Source: Eledone cirrhosa
Lineage: Eukaryota
DNA: 64,000 nt
Assembly: GCA_964016885.1 (NCBI GenBank)
Contig: OZ024742.1
Location: 188,046,001 to 188,110,000, forward strand
Direction of reading: 5' to 3'
The notes beneath the pieces are model-generated. The model saw only the letters and a list, made by a program, of their open reading frames with translations. It had not been told where the DNA came from and searched no databases. Numbering within the stretch: position 1 is the first letter of the stretch; each line of letters opens with the position of its first letter. Positions 41,439 through 55,043 of the stretch are shown in pieces. The translations under genes and the position numbers were made by a program.

Positions 41439-41840
41439 ATTGATTCTACATTTGGCACAAAGCCAACCATAATCCAATATATTACTGGTACTTTATTTTA
41501 TCGACCCCGTAAGGAGGAAAGGTAAGTTAACCTCGGCGGGGTTTGAACTCAGAATGGGAAGGGCCGTAACTCTATGCTTCAAAGAATGGCGTCCGACCCT
41601 CTACAGATACTGCCAATCCATAATAATAATGGTGATTTCTGATTGAGACACAAGGACAACAATTTTTTGTTAGAGAGAGGAAAGTCGCTTAAATCGAGCC
41701 CTGTGCGTGACTTGTACTTTATTTTATCGATTCCTTAATGATGAAAGGCAAAGCTAACCTCGACGGGATTTGAACTCAGAAGATAATACTATAAAGAATT
41801 TGACCGATAGTTTCACGATGCTGATAATTGATCGCCCTTA
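41439..41840 (-). mobile_element. Two adjacent main-family SINEs (41439-41620 young short form; 41630-41840 older long form)
   Basis: Both carry GAAAGG.AAAG.TAACCTCG.CGGG.TTTGAACTCAGA. Confidence 0.85.
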
Positions 41841-42578
41841 GTAAAAATAACAACAAATAAATCGATAAATCTAGCACGTTAATAATAATAATGATAATAA
41901 TAATAATGTAGATATCGATAATTATATCAATGAATAATAAAGAATAAATTAATAAGTGTAGTAGTGGTAATAGTAGTGGTAGTAGTATTAGTAGTAGTTA
42001 CAAGTCAATCACAATAATACAAAAGTGAATAAATTAACAGTGTTAGTAAAAATATTAACTGCAATAATATGAAAACAAATATAATATTAAGATCATATTT
42101 AATAATATTAATAAGAAGATCAACGTAATAGTAACACAGATTAGAAAAAGAAAAAATATATTAAGAAGGTTAATAGTTATAATAAAATCGGGAATAGAAT
42201 ATTAACAATGAAATAGTATTATAATAATGTTATTAATATTACTATGACTAATAGTAATATTATTAAAATAATGATAGCAAAGTAACATGTGAGAGCTAAA
42301 CAGATGAATGAGGTGCACCACACACGACACGACACTGCACTGTACTGCACTGTACTATACTGCACACTTGCTATCAGTCGACTGCGTATGTCGACTGTTG
42401 CATTGGTTTTTTTTTCGGCCAACTATACCCAGAGTGACAAGAGGGATTTTTACAGCGTTCTGTTGTGAATTACTGAAAAATGAACCGGTCGGAGACGTCA
42501 GCCCCTTAATCTCCCCTAGGGAGAAGGGCTTCTCTCTTGCTGCCGTGTCGATCCACAAACACACACACATTTATACAT

Positions 42579-42643
<65 letters not shown>

Positions 42644-42704
42644 TACATACATACATACATATATACATATATATATATATACATATATATACATATATAT
42701 ATAC

Positions 42705-42771
<67 letters not shown>

Positions 42772-43167
42772 GGCGAACACACAGCACACACATACATATA
42801 TATTCATATATATATGTTTGTATGAAATATATTTACACATTAATATAAATCAAAATATCTTGTTACGGGAATTCATAAGGTGTCTGTGTTTTTTTAGTGA
42901 TCCCTTTACACTTTTTCTTCTCACAACGGCTTCCGTTTCGGGACCTACACAAAGGATAAGAAGGAAGCTCATACAATCGGCTGCTTCTTCTGAACAACTT
43001 CTTTGGATAAATCTGTACATCAGCAAACATGCATTCATAATATATATAATAGTTACGCGCATACAGCAATATACACACTTGTGCAAACATACACAATGGT
43101 ATCAACTTGACGGAAGGATTTAATACACACACACACATACACTCATACACACGCACACACACACACG

Positions 43168-43232
<65 letters not shown>

Positions 43233-43426
43233 TGTTTATGTGCATGCATACTTACGCAACATATATATGATGTTGCTGCCGTTGTTTAAATTACTGCTAC
43301 CTTTAATTTAACCTTAATTAGTTGCATTACATACATACACAACACACATACATACATATATATATATACATATATACAAACATAGACTCGTTAGTCTATT
43401 ACTCCCATCATATTTTGCGGATCCAT

Positions 43427-43459
<33 letters not shown>

Positions 43460-43954
43460 GCACGCATGTATATATTCGGTGTTCACATTTGTAAATATTT
43501 TGTTTTCTCTCACCTGCCAAAGTACAATAAGTATGCTTCGACGTCACCCCCCCCCCCCTTACACACACACTGAGGCGCATTATCCGTCACACACCTTTAG
43601 ATCAACTTATTTATAATCTCTATCATATATTTCATTTATATCCTATGCAAAACACATACACGCAGTTACACGTTGTAAATTGATTGATACATAGGAATTA
43701 GAAACCGATTTACATGATCAGTACATGTATGTGTATATAATTTACAACTATATATATATATATATATATGTGTGTGGATGGATATTTAAAATGCCAATAA
43801 TGTCTTATGAATTTATGTAGTATATAAATGGTGGTGATACCTTCAAATGTTTCCCCGTATTATTTAAAATGTGAATGAGTGGCTTTATATACATTAATCC
43901 ATATCCACTCATAAAACTACACCATACTACACACTACACACACACAAATACACA

Positions 43955-44019
<65 letters not shown>

Positions 44020-45031
44020 CATTTATATATGTTTTACACTTGTAAAACATAACTATATAATCTGTATATATACTTATATTCAACAAAATGTAAAGCCCAA
44101 ATGGAAACATAGTTTTACTTAATATCCCATCGTGTATATTTTTTGGCTTTTCAATTAAACTATTTTCCCTCATTTGCCTGTGTTGTTTTACTTTCATTTC
44201 TCTTTATTTATTCATTCATATATACATTTAATTATTTATTTTAACATGCATTTAAATACACAAATATAAGCCCATGAAATTAAACCCTGCAGCACTATGT
44301 CTTTGTACACACATGCTAACAGTTTCTGCTCCCATTCGCACGTCTCCAGCTCATCATTCCTTAACACGTGTTCAGAGAAACGTCAAACACACAAACAATG
44401 CATAGATGTGAGTTAGCTACGCTAACAACCTATTGATCTGATCACCATCATTTAAACTTTCCACTGGCACCCAATTAAACCATACATGCACACATGTGAG
44501 GGACCTATAGCTATGGGACACAAAAATAAATATACATATATATGAATATATATATACATATATACATATATACATATATATATATATGAAAAAGTATGAA
44601 TGAATTTGTTGTTGCAACAGCATATGTGTTTTTATAAAATGCATGTACTTCACTATATGTTTCGATATATGTATGTGTCAGGCAGGTACAACAGACGTGA
44701 CAATTCACCTTTCTGTAATAAAACAACTTCAATATCATTATCCATTATAATTACATTGGTTGTATTTTTGTTAATATCATTACTAATTTTATTTCTGTTT
44801 TTATTATTTGTGCCATCTTCCTTGTACTTATATATATAATCACAAATTCCTATAGCTACTCTTTTAGAAATTGTTATATAATTTTTATTATTTATATAAC
44901 TAATATCATATGTCGATCTAAATTACGAAATGTATTAATTTCCTAGTATTAGTCTATTACCTTTTCTCTCTCTTTTACTTACACACACATATCTATCTAT
45001 CTATCTATATCTATTTATAATCTCTCTCTCC

Positions 45032-45077
<46 letters not shown>

Positions 45078-45285
45078 TATATATATATAGAAATATATAT
45101 ATTACAATAACAAATCTCGCAAACTATAACATTTGCATATTTATCTCTGGTCTACACTCATATAAATAACTTCCCTACTGTATATTTATTATACTTACAC
45201 ACTCACATTTTCATCCCACTGCGAGAACCTAACCTTTGCATAGTTTAAGTATTATATTATACATACATATATAAATTCCTATCTG

Positions 45286-45407
<122 letters not shown>

Positions 45408-45453
45408 TATATATATATATTATTTTATATATATATATGTTATTTTAATAAAT

Positions 45454-45485
<32 letters not shown>

Positions 45486-46539
45486 TAGATAGATATATAC
45501 ATATATCGATAGATAGATCGATTGATAGATAGACAGATAGGGAGATATATACTTATATAAATGTATATATAAATGAACTAAAAAAAAAATTCCGCATCAA
45601 ATACCCTCAAAATGAACCATCCAATCACACATAGATTGATATAGACTTACAAATATACATTCAATCTTTTGTAATGGAAAGATTTAAAATTAGTTTAATT
45701 ATATTTACTATGTTAATTAACCTTCTATGAAGTATGTAGGGTTAAGTATAGATTAGCTTGAAAAGTATAATATAAAAGAGACAGAGAGGAAAGGAATAAA
45801 TATATAACAAAGTAGGAACATGAAAGATAATAACTGTTATTATGAGTTAGTTACACAACATGCAGTAATAGTAGCAGCAGTAGTAGTAGGGACAACAACC
45901 GAAACATCAACACCATCGGTTGCAGTAAAAACTACAGCATCAACATCATCAACAACACCAAGATAACCGTCTCTCTCCCACAACAAAAAAACATCTATAC
46001 TACACCCATGAGCTGGTTAAACAGTTCCCCTTAAAGCAACTGTTGCGCGTATCTATCTTTCTTTCTTAAACAACAATAACAACACAAAACCTTTCAAGAT
46101 GATGCTCCCTGTGAACGATAGGTGAGTACAATTAGTTTTCTTTGTTGTTGTTATTGTTATTCTTCTTCTATAACACTCCTCCTTATTTTTCTTCCTACAA
46201 AATACACGCACATACTTATACACACTAACACATACACACACACTAACACATACTTATACACACTAACACATTCGCATGAACACTCAAACATAACGCCTAC
46301 CACACCACACTGTAATTAATCTACAGAGTTCGAACCAACGAGGGAACTTCTGTGTGAAAGCTTGACATCCTAGAAACAACAGCCAAATCTCACCCCACAC
46401 CACAAATGTGTTTAAATATAAGAAAGCACACATGGAAATAATGGATTCATAAAGATCCCTGAAATAAAGGGTATGGTGATGGGTTGAATATATTTGAACA
46501 TAGATTAACTTGGGACGAAACAACTACATCAAAATCTAT

Positions 46540-46624
46540 CTACCCTTCTATCGTTCTATCTCTCTATATTTCTGTCTATATCTGTCTGTCTATCTAGCTC
46601 TGTCTATCTCTCTTCCTATCTTAT

Positions 46625-46676
<52 letters not shown>

Positions 46677-46997
46677 ATATCTATCTATCTATCTATCTAT
46701 TTCTCTCTTCCCATGTCTATCTGCTTCATCTATCTTTATCTATCTGTGTTTCTATCCATCTATCTATCTATTTATTTGTCTCTCTATCTATTTGTCTATC
46801 TGTCTATCTATATATCTGTTTATCTTTCTCTCTATCTCTCTATCTATATGTCGATCTCTCTTTCTATCTCTATCTATCGTTCTATTTATCATTCTATATC
46901 TATCTATCAATCTATCTATCTATCTATCTACCTATCTACCTATCTATCTATCTATCTGTCTATCTATCTAACTACCTATCAATTTATATCTAACTAC

Positions 46998-47028
<31 letters not shown>

Positions 47029-47055
47029 CTATCTATCTATCTATCTGTCTATCAA
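46540..47055. repeat. Degenerate (CTAT)n microsatellite
   Basis: Direct inspection. Confidence 0.95.
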
Positions 47056-47478
47056 TGGTTCTACATACAACCCTAAACTTTATTTATCGGGACCGTCTAC
47101 ATTTAAGAGGAACATGTACATTCACATTCTTTATGAGAGCAGCGCCTCAATGTTATTGTGCATTCACATATATATCTAGTTAAAATCCTCATAGTTTCTC
47201 CTATAAACCGTTTGTGTATAGAACTATTAGATGCCACTGCATTAGATGCATCGCTATGTGTATATGGCATATTATTGTATGTATGTATGCATAACGTTCG
47301 TATGTATGTATGTGTGTATGAATGTATGCATGCAGTACAGCAAAACAGATTAAGCTTGACAGTCGGGCATTATAATATATATATATATATATGCATATAT
47401 ATCCACATTTATATACATATATACTTATATATATATCCACACATACATATCAATATACATATATACACACACACACAC

Positions 47479-47565
<87 letters not shown>

Positions 47566-47576
47566 GATATATATAC

Positions 47577-47651
<75 letters not shown>

Positions 47652-48065
47652 TGTGTACGTTGACTATATGTAAATTGAGGTACATATCGTATTATACATA
47701 ATATAGTTTATTGGTAAATTTTGGCAGAGTTAATATCTTAATAACCACGCTAGCATTTATCAATGTATAATAGCTGATAACCTATATGTTTATCTCTATG
47801 CCTATTTATCTCTATGGCTATTTATCCTATAATATAGATACATTATTTAATATCTGTCAATCAGGAATGGTAACTTTCTGCATTATCTGACTTGTCCTAA
47901 CTCCTATCCATCAATTTAACAAATTAACGTGACTGTCAGCTTGCTTTCTTCCCACCTCTCTCTTTACCTTCCTCGTCTCCTTACCTACCTCTGCGAAATA
48001 TTTTATTCAGTTTGACACACACAAACACTCACCTCCATATATATATTAAATATATACATATATCT

Positions 48066-48105
<40 letters not shown>

Positions 48106-48150
48106 CTGTGTATGTGTGTGTGTGTACATATGTATATATATATATATAAC

Positions 48151-48278
<128 letters not shown>

Positions 48279-50073
48279 GCTATAAGGCTATAACTCCAGG
48301 CGCATTAAGCATGGTCCTCCGAGACTGAAATGCAATGATGATGATGATACACACACACACAGACACACACACTAGCACACACACACGTATATATATATAT
48401 ATATGTACATTTGTGTCCTCTCTACAACTTGTATTGAGTACAATACTATGATCCTGCATATTTCTGTTTCGTTTCTAACGGAATCACCAAAAACACTCAC
48501 GTCCATACCACATACATGCGCTCGCGCCTTATTTTACAATACCCTGCGGCCATGCCGAGGTATATATATTTATGTATATATATTTATATGTGTGTGGAAA
48601 GGGGGAGGGTATGTCTGTCTACATGTGAGTCTGTGTGTGTGTAGATACATATATTCATATGTATCGATAATATCCGATGCTTGTTTAGCCTCATGTCAAC
48701 TTCTCATCAATATGTGTTGCAAGTTGCGTCCCTCAATGACTAACCCTTCGTATTAAGTAGGTACTGTCATGAACTACATTAACCCAGTATTGATGGGTGG
48801 GAGAGATATTTGACTCTTACCCCTAGCAGGACGTGTGTTAACATAAGAAACTCCTTTATTTTGAAATAGTGTATGGTGTGTATACATTAGTATGTCAAGG
48901 TAGCATGGCTGAAGGTTTAAATGTTATTTTTGCTGTCATTATATTCAGAGTCCGGTCCCTTTGAGTGGCATCTTCGGTGTTATGTTGCTATTTGTCGAAG
49001 CCACGGGTTAAATCGAAACCTGTGAGAGATATTGGAAGCCTTACTGACGTGCTGTGTTTATCGTGCAATATTCAAAAGTTTTCACACACAGTTTTCCGCG
49101 AATCTTTCTGAGAATTTCTTTAAGATTTCACGTGTCTGTGGAATATTCAGACATTTTTGAATTAATGTACAGACTGTTTCATTGATCGAATAATTAGAAT
49201 GCTCATCGTTGAAATCGACAGAGGTCCTTTGAATACATTCATTACTCCAATGATCTTTAATCACATTCAGCAATTCATTTACAAATATGTCTGAGTACCT
49301 TTTTCTCCATTTCTGTTAACTTTATTTCCCTTTATATATACAGATATATTTTGATATGAATAGTACTCAATATGATTTATACTACACACAGTCGTAAGAG
49401 GATACTCTGCCTCGCTCGTAAGCCAATAAACATCTCCGACAATTAATATAGCTATGAATGAACAAACACACATACACAGCACACAAACACACACATAGAG
49501 ACATATATATGCACAGACACACACTCATATATACACACATAACAAGTTGTACACATATATCCCCAGATATACTCATATCTGCTAATATATATTTTCTCTC
49601 CCTTAATATTTGTAATGTAGTAAGGCCAAGCTTTCCATGCCTCGTGTATTGTATTGTTTGACTATTTCTTGCCTCTGCATTTTATTCATATATTATCACT
49701 AGAAAATGTTTATATATATTTTCCCAAATTGGTTTGAAGGAATCTAGTTTTTAGTGTATAATAGTTATTTGGGTCTTGAAAAACCTTCTGAACAGTAAAT
49801 GTGTAAGATATAAATGTAAGTTTTGCATGTCATTATTCTTGCTTCAATATGTCTCTTGTAGTAGGTTTTCAGAGCCAGATGATTCTTATAAAAGGCGTAG
49901 TTGATTATGACAACCACTATTGTAAAATGTGTATACTGTATATAATGTGGAGTACACACACACACACAACGATCGAAATACAAAGGAATAATTAATTACT
50001 TCACATCCTTATTTTTGTTTTTCTCTCATTGGCTATTATATCGAGCTATTATACATACACATACACATATACA

Positions 50074-50112
<39 letters not shown>

Positions 50113-50135
50113 ACTCACACACATATATATATATA

Positions 50136-50208
<73 letters not shown>

Positions 50209-50253
50209 GACCGACCGCGGCGCCAAACTGTTTCGGTTTGTATGTTCAACAAG

Positions 50254-50311
<58 letters not shown>

Positions 50312-50768
50312 TTCTCTATGTATATATATATATTAATATATATATAGTTTATATATAATAAAGACAGTCATGACCAATTGTGCGAATATATGATTTCTTT
50401 AGAAGGTGTATATTAGGGTTGCCAAAAACGTTTAAAATCATTGAACCCTTCATTGAATATTTGCCCCGTTGTCGATCCCTTATGCATATAAATAAATAAC
50501 TGCACCAGTAGGCACAATATACAATAGACAATAAACACTCTACAGAGCCTATATCAGGAAGTTATTTTATACATAATATTATATGTATTTTCTTTTCTTA
50601 TAACAATATCAGATTTTGACCCATATTTTGATTGAAACCTTTAAGAATTCCATTGAGACATGATAACAGTCTGTTATCAACCAGGATTGTGACCCATGGT
50701 TTCTAACATGTAATCAAACTATAATTGCGTAAAGTTTAAAAATTCCCGGACTATAATAGCTAACACGC

Positions 50769-50802
<34 letters not shown>

Positions 50803-50807
<5 letters not shown>

Positions 50808-51136
50808 AAAGTTCTATTTAAAGTTGTTGGGATACAACAAGTAAATATTTTTATAACTGATATAAAGCACTCGACATGTTTTTGGAGTAGATATACGATA
50901 TTAATAAATGGAAACTATATTTATAAAACCATATTTATTTCATTATACATATTTCAGGGATACAGCCTCCAAAACTAATGGTTGTATTTTAAAAGGGTAC
51001 GTCAAAGCTATTTGTAAAACTGTTATATATTGTATTTTGTCTGATGAAGGCATACCATAATTTAATGTGGTATCACTGAAATATGTATAATGAAATAAAT
51101 ATGGTTTTATAAATATAGTTTCCATTTATTAATATC

Positions 51137-51140
<4 letters not shown>
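50803..51140. mobile_element. Family A fold-back insertion with HHR 51033-51097 (+)
   Basis: ~70-bp inverted arms 50891-50963 / 51069-51140; TATTTTGT-CTGATGA..ATACCA/TGGTAT..GAAA-TATGTA-TA-ATGAAATA. Confidence 0.8.
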
Positions 51141-51181
<41 letters not shown>

Positions 51182-51841
51182 CTAGCCTAATTACCCGCAC
51201 TTTTTAACAGAGAAAATCATGATTGATTTTAAATCAGTGATATAATTTATGGAGAAAAACGCTGCATTTCAATACTACTCAATGTAAAATGTAAAGCATG
51301 AAAAATTGGAAAACATTATTTTTTGTAATATATCAAATCAAAATTACATTATTAAATATTATTCTTATTTTGTTTCTTGTAAATAATTTTTATCAAAATA
51401 TCAATTCAAAACTTGATCATTTCATATGTGTGTAAAACATTATTTTCAAAGTTTAATTATTTATTTTTTAACGTAATAAATACATAAAATATATATTTCA
51501 TACTTTGTCCTAATGAAGAACTTCAGGGTAAACGATATTTCTCGTCTTTCTTTGATTGGCTAAAATGTAGAGATTTTTTAAAGTTCTAGTCCTTGAAAGA
51601 GCCAGATAAAACATGTCATGACAAATAGTTTGGAAAGTTTGATCTTGACTCTTATTGATGTGCATGGCAAAGCATGGCCTCACTGTGAACTGCAGCCTCT
51701 TAAATGTAAAAGGCAACTCGCTATCACTTGGTATAAGTGGAATCCTCGGAATGAGATAGGCTTGACCTTTGTAAGCCCTGAATATAATGGTTGCTTCAAT
51801 CAAGTTCCCATGCAATCTTGTTACAACACATTTTGTTCCAT

Positions 51842-51845
<4 letters not shown>
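51182..51845 (-). mobile_element. Helitron 3' fragment with Pif1-family helicase C-terminus (51510-51840) and CTAG end
   Basis: GTKCVVTRLHGNLIEATI..YLIPRIPLIPSDSELPFTFKRLQFTVRPCFAMHINKSQDQT..YLALSR..KTRNIVYPEVL; CTAG|T terminus at 51182-51185. Confidence 0.9.
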
Positions 51846-51935
<90 letters not shown>

Positions 51936-52127
51936 GCGTGCGTGTGTGCGTGTGTATGTGTGTGTGTGTGTATGTGCGTGTGTGTGTGTGTGTATAATAT
52001 AGCTACTACTATCTAGTGATCTTTAAAGAATATAGGCTCCAACTCTAAATTTTAGGCTGCAATGTGATCATAGTAAACGATTAACAAGAATATATCGGAC
52101 AGGTTTCGATTCAAAATGATTAAATTT

Positions 52128-52350
52128 ATATTTGATCGTTTGTGGCAGAGGAGCACAGGACAACAACTTCACATTTGTAACGAGATTAAGGTTAATATGG
52201 CCGCCAAAACTCTCTCTACATACAATTATATATATATATTTGATCGTTTGTGGCAGAGGAGCACAGGACAACAACTTCACGTTTGTAACGAGATTAAGGT
52301 TAATATGGCCGCCAAAACTCTCTCTACATACAATTATATATATATATTTG
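52128..52350. repeat. 108-bp tandem duplication
   Basis: TTTGATCGTTTGTGGCAGAGGAGCACAGGAC..CTCTCTCTACATACAATTATATA twice, nearly identical. Confidence 0.95.
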
Positions 52351-53551
52351 TATATATAATGTTACATTTGGGGTGGTCATGTTGCCAGTATTGCCAATAG
52401 AAAGAAGCACACGCAGCAAATCTTTTTCACTTTATCCTTATTGTTCGCTATCCATTAGTTTGCATATATTTGTATATACTAATAAGATATATATATATAT
52501 AATAGTGATAAACGAAAGATATATACTTTATATCCTCTCTATTTATTTCATTATATATATTTCGAAGATGTAAAGTTTTATGAATAAGCAAAAACATATC
52601 CTCCTCAGACAAAATACATAGAAAATGTACAATGTTTTCTTGATATGCTAGTTGACAAACGAACTGGATATATCAACCTCCCCCCCAAGGAAAAAAACCC
52701 CAGTTGATGGATGTGAATACCGAAATATATAGGGACAATTAAATCACTCCCAAGGTAACTCTTTCTCGTGTTGTTATTTTTATTTTTATCCTTTACGCTC
52801 TTTGCTTCATTCCTCTACACGTTACAGTCTTATACACGCCACGCTTCTCAACGTACACCCACTTACATCTCTCTCTCTCTCCACCACCGGATCTTATTAC
52901 CCGGAGATTTACCCATTTGCATTGTCGAGGCTTCCAAACGACTTAAAGAAATTTACCTTATTATTCCACAATGCTTCAAGCAAACTTCAATACTCTCTTA
53001 TATATATATATATATAGTGTGTGTCTGTATTTATGTGTATGTGTACATGTATATATATATATATACATGACAAAATTAAAACGTTCGTCAATATGTATAT
53101 ATTTATGTGCATATGATGTTGTTACGTGCTTGTCTTGACGTCCGAATCTCATAGATTTAAATTTTATGTACGTTATTAGAGACTCTTTAATAATCTACTA
53201 AATTGTAAACTGCTATGAATATGATACTAGAGGATAAGATACTTATATGATCCCCTATACTATATGTGCATGTATATTAAACATAGACTGACACATGTTT
53301 GATCATGGCTGATGAAAATCCCCCGCATAATTATTTTACATGTGAACTACCAATGTGCTTTGCTGTCTAGCATTGTTGTATATAAAATTATGTGTTATAT
53401 TGGATAGAAATCTCTGAAGAAGGATTTGTAACATTCATGGCAACAGTAATAGGAATTGAAGTTTGATGCGATACCTTAACGCTTACGTATGTATGTGCTG
53501 GCATATATATTTATATATTTATGTGTGTGTGTTTGTATATATGACTATATG

Positions 53552-53662
<111 letters not shown>

Positions 53663-53667
53663 ACACA

Positions 53668-53742
<75 letters not shown>

Positions 53743-53769
53743 ACATACACACATATATATATATCATGA

Positions 53770-53944
53770 TGTCCTCCAAAAGTAATGGTCGCATTTTGAA
53801 AGGGTACGTCAATGCTTATTTGTAAAACTGATATATATTGTATTTTGTCTGATGAAGGCATACCATAATTTAACTTGGTATCCTTGAAATATATATAATG
53901 AAATAAATATGGTTTTATAAATATAGTTTCCATTTGTTAATATC

Positions 53945-53948
<4 letters not shown>
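53770..53948 (+). mobile_element. Family A pseudo-LTR fragment with HHR 53841-53905
   Basis: Close copy of 50965-51140; CTGATGA..GAAA-TATATA-TA. Confidence 0.8.
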
Positions 53949-53983
<35 letters not shown>

Positions 53984-54478
53984 CACATACACGCATATAT
54001 TTATAATGGGATGGAGTGACACTAACAAACAGAAATATATTAAGATAGATGTCTTAATTTTGTCTTTTATCAGAAGCCTGTTTCCATTAGAAGCATGTAA
54101 GTGTGCGACATATGTGTTTATATGTTTGTACATTAATGTATTAGTTTCTGTGTATGTACATCTTTAGGGTGATGTTCTGAAAATCTTAATAGTGCTGTAA
54201 AAGCCATGTGCCTAACATTCCAGTATACATTACACAACGTGAGAATAATTCAGCTACTTGGTTGGTTCTCTTTACTCTCTGCACTAATGTACGATGCAGT
54301 TCGCATTGATTTTCATGAATGCCGCTTCTCGGAGAACACCATATATTAAACACAAACATTTACTGTGGAGATAACATTAACTTTGGCTCTTACAAAACAT
54401 CGCCTATGCCGTTAATGCATCCTCCATCGGTGTCGATGATGAGCAGTCAATTGAACGTCAGCTGTCAGCACAAACACA

Positions 54479-54479
<1 letters not shown>

Positions 54480-54511
<32 letters not shown>

Positions 54512-54530
54512 AATTACTACTACTACTACA

Positions 54531-54608
<78 letters not shown>

Positions 54609-54624
54609 ACCACCACTAGTGCTG

Positions 54625-54702
<78 letters not shown>
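54480..54702. repeat. (CTA)n/(CTG)n trinucleotide microsatellite
   Basis: Direct inspection. Confidence 0.95.
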
Positions 54703-54827
54703 GCACCAACATTGCCACAACTTTTGGTACAGTTGTTGTAGCTGTTGCTGCTACAACATAATGGTGATGCTACAATTTAAGTACCAAATGTGTTTTTAAA
54801 TAAATTCCTAGAAGGCAACAAAAACCG

Positions 54828-54873
54828 TGTAACCCATCCACTCATATATATATATATGAGTGGATGGGTTACA
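54828..54873. repeat. Perfect short palindrome around (TA)n
   Basis: TGTAACCCATCCACTCA-(TA)n-TGAGTGGATGGGTTACA. Confidence 0.9.
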
Positions 54874-54913
54874 TATATATATACATATTCACACACACAG
54901 GCACACACACTGA

Positions 54914-55027
<114 letters not shown>

Positions 55028-55043
55028 CATATATATATATACA

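Noticed and set aside
49082-49330. 63-aa minus-strand ORF with natural-looking composition
   Set aside because: No recognisable motif, upstream frame broken; possibly decayed transposon
54319-54741. Poly-Leu / poly-Val ORFs
   Set aside because: (CTA)n/(CTG)n microsatellite
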